From: a virus
Strand: one strand, 5' to 3'
IMG/VR virus record: IMGVR_UViG_3300045988_054439
DNA length: 34,726 nucleotides
Positions within the stretch are counted from its first letter, which is position 1; each line of letters opens with the position of its first letter. Of this stretch, positions 15,524-22,402 are shown piece by piece. The translations under genes and the position numbers were made by a program. Under the pieces are notes generated by a model, which was given only the letters and a program-made list of their open reading frames with translations, ran no database searches and was not told where the DNA came from.

Positions 15524-15843
15524 CGTTCTTTCGCCCCTCTTTCCAAGTGTTCGGCAAGTTCAATCAGCCGCTTGGCTTCTTTCCGTCTGCCGTCCAATTT
15601 CAACCAAATTCTGTCCGGCGTGAATTCCGACGCGTCCTTGATATGTAACGCATTCAAGAACGCCAACTCTGTTCGGCTCTCTCCGTGTCGGCGGCAAATG
15701 TAGAAATGCCGCTCTCCGTCTAACAGGTGTTGCAACAGCACCGCCATATATCTGCTGTACTCCGGCAGCACTCGCTTGTTTTTACTGAACAGCCTGGGCG
15801 AATAGCCGCCCAAGTGCCAGTAGATCGTATTGTGAATGTCCAT
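15520..15843 (-). CDS. Hypothetical basic protein; possible DNA binder
   Basis: 107 aa. No secure motif. Confidence 0.5.
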   Translation of the reverse strand: MDIHNTIYWHLGGYSPRLFSKNKRVLPEYSRYMAVLLQHLLDGERHFYICRRHGESRTELAFLNALHIKDASEFTPDRIWLKLDGRRKEAKRLIELAEHLERGAKER

Positions 15844-15847
15844 TCCG

Positions 15848-16240
15848 TCAGCCCTCCATCTTCTTCAAGTCGTCGTAGCCCTCAATGCCGCGCTCCGGGT
15901 CTCTCGGGTCGTAATCCATCTTGCGCAGTTCAATGCGTCTGTTCTTCATATTGTGCCGGTTCTCCCAGCACAGCCGCTCGAATGCATCCAGCGCTTCCTG
16001 TTCGTTGTCACCGATCCAAAGCAGATCCTCGTCTCCTGGCTCGCCGTTCTTGCGGATGTTGATGTCTGCCACGCTGTACCAGGTGCCCTCGTAAGCGACC
16101 TCGTAAGCCCATTTGGTGAATGTGCCTGCCTTTTCGTCCCGCTCTTCGTAATGTTCAATGGCAGCTAACGCTGTCTCCAGGCTTTCAAAGCGGTCGATTT
16201 CTTTCTTGTCTTTTGCGGTTCTAACAATGTATGCGTTCAT
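15848..16240 (-). CDS. Hypothetical acidic protein
   Basis: 130 aa with SD GAAAGGAGAA. Confidence 0.55.
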   Translation of the reverse strand: MNAYIVRTAKDKKEIDRFESLETALAAIEHYEERDEKAGTFTKWAYEVAYEGTWYSVADINIRKNGEPGDEDLLWIGDNEQEALDAFERLCWENRHNMKNRRIELRKMDYDPRDPERGIEGYDDLKKMEG

Positions 16241-16317
16241 AGTTTTCTCCTTTCGCGTTTTTGCTCGCCAGCTTTTATTTGGGCTTGGGCTGATGTGCTC
16301 AACCCCAGCAGAAGCAT

Positions 16318-16572
16318 TTAAGCCGTTAGGCCGTAAGCGTAATTAACAAACACAAAAGTGTTTCCTCCGCTTAATATCTCGCCGGTGAACTCGTCTCGCT
16401 CGTAGCTTTCATAGCCTTTTGTGAGTTGCTCAATTTCTTTGATGTCAATGGCCAAATCTTTGATTGTCAGCCAAATGGCATATCCATCATACCGAACGCC
16501 AACCTTGCGGCTGCTGTATCCGTGTTCTTTCAGTGCTTGTCTAATTGCTGCAATTCTTTCACGATCTGTCAT
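16318..16572 (-). CDS. Hypothetical protein; first gene of early operon 1
   Basis: 84 aa with SD GAAAGGAGAA, downstream of promoter 16631-16659. Confidence 0.55.
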   Translation of the reverse strand: MTDRERIAAIRQALKEHGYSSRKVGVRYDGYAIWLTIKDLAIDIKEIEQLTKGYESYERDEFTGEILSGGNTFVFVNYAYGLTA

Positions 16573-16630
16573 TTTTTTTGTTCTCCTTTCAACTTCGGCC
16601 GGGGTTCCTTTCCCCCTCCCCTGTGACTAT

Positions 16631-16659
16631 ATATTACCACAATGCAAAGCGAATGTCAA
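16631..16659 (-). promoter_or_regulatory. Sigma-70/SigA-type early promoter
   Basis: Minus strand TTGACA (16659-16654), a 17-nt spacer, then TAATAT (16636-16631). Phased ATACTTTTT repeats lie upstream. Confidence 0.75.
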
Positions 16660-16699
16660 TACTTTTTTTATACTTTTTCAATACTTTTTCTATATTTTT

Positions 16700-16728
16700 T
16701 TGACTTTTCCAAAATCTCGTTGTAAAAT
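16700..16728 (+). promoter_or_regulatory. Divergent sigma-70-type promoter
   Basis: TTGACT (16700-16705), a 17-nt spacer, then TAAAAT (16723-16728). Confidence 0.65.
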
Positions 16729-16734
16729 AAAAGT

Positions 16735-16795
16735 GATTAGGCCACCCGCACCTCTGCCAATGATTCTCGGCAAGTGTCCCAGCGGTGGCTTTTTT
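16735..16795 (+). ncRNA. Candidate ~60-nt small RNA (promoter, hairpin and T6)
   Basis: Outer stem GCCACC (16741-16746) / GGTGGC (16784-16789), inner stem TGCC/GGCA, then TTTTTT (16790-16795). No ORF. Confidence 0.35.
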
Positions 16796-16797
16796 GG

Positions 16798-16986
16798 CAT
16801 AAAGAAAACACCCAGCCAGTTGACCGGGTGTTTCCTTCTGCTCGTCACATTCTTGCTTGAAAGGAGAAAAGAATATGCTCGGCGGATTGCCGTCCGCCTT
16901 GTTGATAGTTACCCGCTCCCTGGTTGGCGTAGAGCAAATGCTCAGCTTGGGAGAAATACGGCGCTTCAGGTGGCAGTTCTACCAAC
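16798..16986 (-). ncRNA. Candidate ~185-nt non-coding RNA with CU-rich anti-SD tracts
   Basis: A consensus promoter lies immediately upstream. The intrinsic terminator AACACCC-N12-GGGTGTT plus TTTTCTTT sits at 16833-16798. No SD/ATG-initiated ORF. Contains an internal hairpin GGCGGA-CGGCAA-TCCGCC and the tracts UUUCUCCC and UUCUCCUUUC. Confidence 0.45.
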
Positions 16987-16992
16987 AATATA

Positions 16993-17021
16993 ATTATAGC
17001 CGATTGCAGCGGTCTTGTCAA
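16993..17021 (-). promoter_or_regulatory. Perfect-consensus sigma-70 promoter driving the candidate ncRNA
   Basis: Minus strand TTGACA (17021-17016), a 17-nt spacer, then TATAAT (16998-16993). Confidence 0.75.
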
Positions 17022-17031
17022 CGGCCGGTTT

Positions 17032-17196
17032 TCAAATGTGGCGCAAGATCTTCTTTTCGCACTTGTACACGATGTTCTGTGCGTGTCGAACAGAAATGTC
17101 AAACTCCTCCGCCAGCGGCTCAAAACAAACACCATCAAGCCACCTGCGCTTGAATATCCGGCGGTGTTGCTCGTTGAAAATGTACTGCTCTATCAA
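17032..17196 (-). CDS. Small sigma-70-region-4-like HTH protein, putative late-gene regulator. The TTG-initiated remnant is annotated; the upstream ATG 17244 is cut off by an in-frame TAA.
   Basis: IFKRRWLDGVCFEPLAEEFDISVRHAQNIVYKCEKKIL resembles a sigma region 4 HTH. SD plus ATG at 17244 give MRADDVADLSR, then TAA (17211-17209), then the same frame continues QWEHL(TTG)IEQY. Confidence 0.5.
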   Translation of the reverse strand: MIEQYIFNEQHRRIFKRRWLDGVCFEPLAEEFDISVRHAQNIVYKCEKKILRHI

Positions 17197-17357
17197 GTGC
17201 TCCCATTGTTATCTTGACAGATCCGCCACATCGTCCGCCCTCATCTGCTCCACCTCATCTTGATTTCACCCGCCCGCTGCCTTTGCATGTCGGGCACTTT
17301 TTGTAGCCGGAATTTCCGCCAGTCTTGCGAACTCTCCTGCGAGTGACAGTTTTTGTT

Positions 17358-17642
17358 CTAATCGTTTGTCGTGCCAACCATATCACAACCTACGAAATTG
17401 TTGTCACCACCGCCTGCCGTGTCTTGCGTTACCGTTTGCTCTGTTTGACTTGTAACATCCTCAAACTGGCTCTCGTAACACAGCCACGCAATGTTTGATC
17501 CAATTAGCGCAAGGATCAAAAAAACGATGATTAAAGCAAGCCGCCGAATGTTACGCTCCGCCCTGGCAGACACCGCCTCAAATGCTGCATAAGGCACATT
17601 GGCAGCCACTTGGCAGCCGTCGCACTGTTTGTTGTTGTCCAT
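17358..17642 (-). CDS. Single-pass membrane protein of the lysis cassette
   Basis: Start at MDNNKQ (SD GGAGGA). TM segment LALIIVFLILALIGSNIAWL. Confidence 0.55.
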   Translation of the reverse strand: MDNNKQCDGCQVAANVPYAAFEAVSARAERNIRRLALIIVFLILALIGSNIAWLCYESQFEDVTSQTEQTVTQDTAGGGDNNFVGCDMVGTTND

Positions 17643-17655
17643 CGCAATTCCTCCA

Positions 17656-17895
17656 TTATCCGTGTATAATGATCGACACAACCGATGTTACAAGCGTTCC
17701 TACAACGCTTGTTGTGATTATCCATAGCAACTTATCATAAGACGCAAGCCGCTGGAGCAACAACTCAATTCTCTTGTCATCGTTTGCAAATTTATTGCTG
17801 GCCGCCCGGTGGCGCTCGTCGCAGGTCGCTTGTCGGACATATCTGCCGTCGAATTCATCCCGCATTGCGTCAATATCGTCTCTGTTCATTCCCAC
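17656..17895 (-). CDS. C-terminally anchored membrane protein; holin-associated or holin-like
   Basis: 79 aa with a helical N-terminal part and C-terminal TM LLWIITTSVVGTLVTSVVSIII. Confidence 0.5.
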   Translation of the reverse strand: MGMNRDDIDAMRDEFDGRYVRQATCDERHRAASNKFANDDKRIELLLQRLASYDKLLWIITTSVVGTLVTSVVSIIIHG

Positions 17896-17912
17896 CGATC
17901 TCCACCCCTTTC

Positions 17913-18839
17913 TTATTTAATGAATAAGGTGTTGTCGGATTTTTCCCAAATGCAAATCCAACCGCTGGGAATTTTCGCCCACAGATTGCCCGATTTCGCC
18001 TTTTTGACTTCAAGTAAGGAAACTATCGTCCCTTTTTTCAAAAACGCAAATGCGGACTTCTTGGCGGTCGTGGCGTGCTTCTGCCCATCCTCTGACAAGT
18101 CGCTGACCTTTTTACGCCCAGTATCTGCGCCGCAACCTTTGTAAACGCCACGCACGGCGGTCAAGATATGTTGGCCAAGGCCTACCACCGGCGCCACCGG
18201 CTTCGGCTTCTTGTGATTTACATCGTTCACGCTGCACAGCGGTTTGACGCCTTTCGGGGCGGTGAACAGCCAAATGCTGCCGATGTCTGCCGCCATCGCT
18301 GACGGCTGCACATAGACCTCTCGGTCGTTCTTAACCTTTGTATAAGCCTTTCGGCGTGCTGTCAAAGTGAACTTTCCGTCGTACCAGTAAGGGTCGAGAA
18401 TAATCAAGTTGCCGGACTTATCAATGCCGCCAACATAGACATAATGCCCGCTGTTACTGAACAGCCGTTTCCCTCTGCCGGTGACACAGATAATGGCGCG
18501 CCCGCCGTTTCTCAAATGCTTTTTCAGCGTTTCGGTGCTTTTCGTCTGCTTGGTGGTAATGCCGTAAAACTTTTTGAAGTGCTCGGCGATTTTGGCCATA
18601 TTCGTGCCCTCTGCCGCTCTTGCGCCCATCTTGACACATTCGGCTGCCCACTTCTTGGTGTTCATCGTGGCAGGCACAACGCCGAAGTTACGCAGAACCA
18701 TCAAGCTGGAGCACACTCCGCAGCCGCTGGTGAATATGCACCCGCTTGTGCCGTATCGGTAAGGATGGCTTTTGCTTGCATACGGAATACCTTTGCACGC
18801 CTCAGTGGTCTGCCGGCAATAATAAAGAAGTGTACCCAT
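17913..18839 (-). CDS. Endolysin: C39-like cysteine peptidase domain plus C-terminal SH3-like wall-binding domain
   Basis: Cys motif SGCGVCSSLMVL and His motif SGHYVYVGGID...ILDPY. C-terminal GTIVSLLEVKKAKSGNLWAKIPSGWICIW. ATG 18839 overlaps the holin stop as TAATG. Confidence 0.7.
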   Translation of the reverse strand: MGTLLYYCRQTTEACKGIPYASKSHPYRYGTSGCIFTSGCGVCSSLMVLRNFGVVPATMNTKKWAAECVKMGARAAEGTNMAKIAEHFKKFYGITTKQTKSTETLKKHLRNGGRAIICVTGRGKRLFSNSGHYVYVGGIDKSGNLIILDPYWYDGKFTLTARRKAYTKVKNDREVYVQPSAMAADIGSIWLFTAPKGVKPLCSVNDVNHKKPKPVAPVVGLGQHILTAVRGVYKGCGADTGRKKVSDLSEDGQKHATTAKKSAFAFLKKGTIVSLLEVKKAKSGNLWAKIPSGWICIWEKSDNTLFIK

Positions 18840-19102
18840 TACTGCTCCCACTCGTCTTCGGTTCCGCCCTCGGCTTTTTCGATCTTCAAAACCTCGTCGG
18901 CTTTGACAGCCGCAGCAGTAAAGCTGTTATTTTTCCACCAAGCCCAAATGGCTGCGACGGTAGCCACCACGGCAGAAACGCCAGTGTAAACTTCATCATC
19001 GCTGAACGGCAGCGGGTTCTTGCCGCAGGCATTCAACACGGTGTTCAGCAGTGCCACGAACAGCACCACCGTTCTTACGATTGTTTCCTTGCTTACTTTC
19101 AT
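18839..19102 (-). CDS. Holin
   Basis: Start at MKVSKE (SD AAAGGTGG). Two TM segments, the WWKNNSFT motif and an acidic tail. Lies directly upstream of the endolysin. Confidence 0.7.
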   Translation of the reverse strand: MKVSKETIVRTVVLFVALLNTVLNACGKNPLPFSDDEVYTGVSAVVATVAAIWAWWKNNSFTAAAVKADEVLKIEKAEGGTEDEWEQ

Positions 19103-19119
19103 TTTTGTTACCACCTTTC

Positions 19120-19302
19120 TTAATTTTCGCTGCTCTCTTGCAGCTTATTGATTTCCGCTCTGTATTCTGCCCGCTGCTGACGGATCGGCGCATACTCCTC
19201 CTCAGACAGCGCTCCGTCTGTAAACTTCAAACACAGATAATCCGTCTCGGCAAGCTCTGCCTTAAGATATGCAATGCGGCTTTCGGTTTCAATGTCCATC
19301 AC
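19120..19302 (-). CDS. Small helical protein adjacent to the tail fibre genes
   Basis: 60 aa, coupled to the upstream fibre gene. Confidence 0.5.
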   Translation of the reverse strand: MMDIETESRIAYLKAELAETDYLCLKFTDGALSEEEYAPIRQQRAEYRAEINKLQESSEN

Positions 19303-19967
19303 TTTGCCACCCCCAAAATCTCGATTTGCGTTCCGGCGCCAATGGTCTTTCCGTTTGTCGGAAAAGACAGGGCTTTGATCGCACCGTAAGCCTCGACATC
19401 CCTAAAGATATTGAATGTTATGCCGCTTGCGTTCCATATCGTCTGTCCGTTCATTGAATTGGCCGCGTTGAAGTTGCTCGAAATATTGCTTTTGTTTGCT
19501 TGCACACGCACCATATTATCGGTGATCTCTGCTTCTGCCACGACGAAAGAGCCTTTTGTGGTGGCCGCCTCAAACCGGAAAGCGTTTGGCAACATACACT
19601 TGCTTGTGTATGAGTTGATGTACACAGATTGATCGCCAGCGGCAGAATTTGCAGCGCTCCCAGCCACCGCCATACGCAGTCTGATCTTGCGGCAGGGCTT
19701 GGCTAAATCCCATCTTTGGCTCGCTGTGGTGTCAGTGTCAAAAGTCTTTGAAAACACCTGCTCCCAAACCTCGGCAGCAGGTGCAGAACCTCCACCGCCG
19801 AACCAAGGCAAGTCAGCCCAAGCCGTCACGCCGTCTCCGACCTTCTCCTTGCCCTCGGTGCTGTCAATGCCTCGCTCGCCTTTGTAAAGAACCGGGTTTG
19901 CAGCCGCCCAGTTTTCGCTCGTATCAATTCGAGTGGTGAACACGCTGTCCTTTAAGTAAACATTCAT
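19299..19967 (-). CDS. Tail fibre / receptor-binding protein with an Mtd-N / HylP-like N-terminal motif
   Basis: DTSENWAAANPVLYKGERGIDSTEGKEKVGDGVTAWADLPW. Confidence 0.65.
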   Translation of the reverse strand: MNVYLKDSVFTTRIDTSENWAAANPVLYKGERGIDSTEGKEKVGDGVTAWADLPWFGGGGSAPAAEVWEQVFSKTFDTDTTASQRWDLAKPCRKIRLRMAVAGSAANSAAGDQSVYINSYTSKCMLPNAFRFEAATTKGSFVVAEAEITDNMVRVQANKSNISSNFNAANSMNGQTIWNASGITFNIFRDVEAYGAIKALSFPTNGKTIGAGTQIEILGVAK

Positions 19968-19970
19968 TGA

Positions 19971-20657
19971 TTAGTCCTCCCACTCCACCACTTCGGCATA
20001 TAGAATGGTGCTGTCCTTGTACGCGGATATGGTCGTGTCCGCTTTGCCGATATATCCAGCTAACAGAGTCTGCCCTTGGCTGACTGGTATAATAATGCTC
20101 TGCGTGCCATAGCTTTCATACTTTCCGCTGCGGGTTCGAATGCAGCGCAGGAGCCGGTTTTTTGTGCCATCTGCATTCAGCAAAAAAAGATCGATTTCAC
20201 ACTGCGTCAACGCCGTAGAGCTCCACATATATCCTTGCGCCGACACCCGAACCTTTTTTACTCCGGCACTAAATGTAATGCCGTTGTCGGCCAAGCTCAA
20301 GCCTGTTCCGCCCTGCCGGGTCACGCCGGTGAACGGCAGAATAATCGGAGCCTCGTATGTGCCCTCTTTTGTGATTTTCGTATCACTCGCCAAATATGCT
20401 TGCAGGAACGACGCACCCTTGTACGCCTCCAGCTTGTCAACTCTCGCTGACTGGTCATTGATTGCCTCGGTGATCGCCGCGTTCGTGACAGGGTTTTGGC
20501 TGCCCTCCGACAGCGCCGTGTCCAGTGTAAACTCTACGCTGTCTTTGATCGCTCCACCAGCGTCAAACACGAAAGTGATGTCTTCGCCTGTTAGCATATT
20601 TGCCAACGCTTCCAGCTGCTGGGCTTTCACATTTAATTTAATTGGTGATAATGCCAT
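19971..20657 (-). CDS. Tail fibre protein
   Basis: 228 aa, assigned by position. The pattern SQNPVTNAAITEAIN is fibre-like. Confidence 0.55.
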   Translation of the reverse strand: MALSPIKLNVKAQQLEALANMLTGEDITFVFDAGGAIKDSVEFTLDTALSEGSQNPVTNAAITEAINDQSARVDKLEAYKGASFLQAYLASDTKITKEGTYEAPIILPFTGVTRQGGTGLSLADNGITFSAGVKKVRVSAQGYMWSSTALTQCEIDLFLLNADGTKNRLLRCIRTRSGKYESYGTQSIIIPVSQGQTLLAGYIGKADTTISAYKDSTILYAEVVEWED

Positions 20658-20686
20658 CTTCGGAATTCCTCCTTTATATTTCTATT

Positions 20687-22402
20687 TTAGCTTATTACGC
20701 TCGCAAAGTCAACCGCAACGGAAGTTCCGCGAGCAGCCAATGTTCTGCCGTCAACGGTGGGCGTGCCGTCCGTGCATTGTAGGTAGCCCCAGTAGCCGAC
20801 ATCCGTGGTCAGCATTTGGAATAGATCTTCCAAGATTTGCAGCCAGCGCCATACTCCGGCCTTGTCAATCCCCCAAGGGTCAATTCGGTAGCTGCTCGTA
20901 ATATAATACACGCTTTCAATTTTGGACGAGTTGAGCGCCTGCATATCCGTTTCGACGCCGTCAAGAACAGCCTTTACATCAGCCAGCTGTGTCCCGCCGT
21001 ATGGCTGTGCTACTCCACCAACCGTGCTTTGTGGCGGCTTTGTTAGCGCTCCAATTTTGTACTTGTCTTTTGTTTGCAGATCAAACAACGCTTTGATAAT
21101 CTGCGCGTTTCGCCATATATCGTTGAGCACATTCTCGGTTAAGAAGTCGACCGGCTCGTAATAATTTTGGTAACCCTCGAGCGAACCAGCCGCAACAACG
21201 GTCACCTCGCAAACATCCGTGTACTCCTTTTCGTCGGCGGTCACTACAACGCTGATCGGAGCAACACCAGCCGCAACAGCTGTCACCACAGACCCGTTGA
21301 CAGTTGCAACGCTTGGCATAAGCGACCGCAACTCGACATCGTAGCCATCACAGCCAATCGGGAGCACGGTGTAGTCTGCCTGCCAGGTGTCCCCAACTCG
21401 CAGCGTTATTTGCTTGATGTTGAAGCTTACGCCCTCAACCGGAACCTTGACGCTGACACGCACCCGGAATTCCGGCACGCCGTAAATAGGCAGCGTGCTG
21501 TTTACAGACAGCCGCAGGTCTGCCGTTCCTTTTGCCTTGCCGTGAACCACCACGGCGCCGTCCACATATTCTGCGCTGCAAACGCTGCTGTTCGTGTTCT
21601 TGACCGTCAGCGACTTGTCGGTTGCGTCCTCGGGATAAAGGAAGTAGTCCACACCCTCTACCAGCTTTGCCGTTTCGCCTTGCTTGACCGATATATAATC
21701 TTTGTCCAACTCAAAATCGTTTACATATACCTTTGATGTCTTGAAAGTGATCTGCGGCGATAGCGCTTGCATATTGTTGCCCGCTTTGGTGATCCGAACC
21801 ACAAGCGAATAAACGGTGTCGATTTTCAAATCACGAATGTAGAAAGAAACAAAAGCCGAGCCGGAATAATCAACCGCAATGAAGTCTCCGCCATCGAGAG
21901 AATACTCAACAAGCGAAAGATCTGATTTTGTAGTGAAAGTCACTTTCACATAGTCCTTGCCTTTGATTGGAACGAGTACATTCGACGAGAATATAGGCGG
22001 ATCAACATCCGCTTTGTCCATCGCAGCAATGCCTTCAATCCTGCCGCCACCGGTGAGCGTTGTGCCGGTCACCCAGCCAACCTCTCCCTTTATCTCTACT
22101 GCCTTGTATCCGTCCGGGTCGTGCTCCACCAGTTGATTGTACACTCCAAACAGCAGAACCGGCCGCCCGCTGCTCGTATCAACTTTCGTGTCGGTCGCTT
22201 CGCGCTTCTTGCCGTCAATGGCCAAAATCGGCGCTCCGTTCCATTGCCCAGCTGCACCGGTTCCGCTGCCTATGTATTGAATGTACATTTCTGCCGTGAC
22301 CAGTGAACTATTGCGCATATTGTCAACGACAGACCGCCAATCAACAAACAGCTTGTAATCCGTCGTGTCGAACATTTCGCCGAGAATTCTACCCGATGCC
22401 AT
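20687..22402 (-). CDS. Tail/baseplate protein with two Big_2 (Ig-like) domains
   Basis: VKQGETAKL...ATDKSLTVKNTNSSV...GKAKGTADLRLSV and a second similar repeat. Confidence 0.65.
   Translation of the reverse strand: MASGRILGEMFDTTDYKLFVDWRSVVDNMRNSSLVTAEMYIQYIGSGTGAAGQWNGAPILAIDGKKREATDTKVDTSSGRPVLLFGVYNQLVEHDPDGYKAVEIKGEVGWVTGTTLTGGGRIEGIAAMDKADVDPPIFSSNVLVPIKGKDYVKVTFTTKSDLSLVEYSLDGGDFIAVDYSGSAFVSFYIRDLKIDTVYSLVVRITKAGNNMQALSPQITFKTSKVYVNDFELDKDYISVKQGETAKLVEGVDYFLYPEDATDKSLTVKNTNSSVCSAEYVDGAVVVHGKAKGTADLRLSVNSTLPIYGVPEFRVRVSVKVPVEGVSFNIKQITLRVGDTWQADYTVLPIGCDGYDVELRSLMPSVATVNGSVVTAVAAGVAPISVVVTADEKEYTDVCEVTVVAAGSLEGYQNYYEPVDFLTENVLNDIWRNAQIIKALFDLQTKDKYKIGALTKPPQSTVGGVAQPYGGTQLADVKAVLDGVETDMQALNSSKIESVYYITSSYRIDPWGIDKAGVWRWLQILEDLFQMLTTDVGYWGYLQCTDGTPTVDGRTLAARGTSVAVDFASVIS

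Noticed and set aside
15183-15563. An alternative 126-aa minus-strand ORF overlapping 15221-15523.
   Set aside because: Its translation is Arg/Gly/Leu-rich and lacks coupling to its neighbours. The 100-aa two-TM frame has an ATGA overlap with the upstream stop and a plausible SD.
16925-16982. A tRNA-like element: the minus-strand segment begins GTAGAAC and ends GCTCTAC-G-CCA, resembling an acceptor stem plus discriminator and CCA.
   Set aside because: It is only 58 nt, has no T-loop (GTTCRANYC) or D-loop consensus, and the acceptor pairing has a mismatch. No cloverleaf can be drawn. No other tRNA candidates were seen.
16875-17153. A plus-strand ORF with an excellent SD (GAAAGGAGAAAAGAATATG), within the listed 98-aa ORF 16857-17153.
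   Set aside because: The SD is simply the complement of the CU-rich tract in the minus-strand RNA candidate. The peptide is R/C/Q/S-rich and runs antisense through the promoter and the sigma-like gene. Two terminator hairpins separate it from the only plus-strand promoter. A small peptide cannot be fully excluded.
17209-17211. Stop-codon reassignment, to explain the in-frame TAA/TGA codons in the regulator, the MT-A70 gene and the intein.
   Set aside because: TAA terminates many secure genes (radical SAM, ParB-like, dut, portal, capsid, holin). TGA terminates terS, the CHC2 gene and HNH. TAG terminates the VirE gene. All three codons therefore function as stops here.
17255-17386. A possible 43-aa ORF with a DnaJ-type zinc-finger motif (KKCPTCKGSGRV), between the membrane-protein gene and the sigma-like gene.
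   Set aside because: Only a GTG or TTG start without a convincing SD is available. It overlaps the upstream gene by 29 nt and is too short to assess by eye. Left unannotated.
19299-19967. A diversity-generating retroelement, suggested by the Mtd-N-like motif in the tail fibre.
   Set aside because: There is no reverse transcriptase ORF anywhere in the genome, and I could find no template/variable repeat pair.
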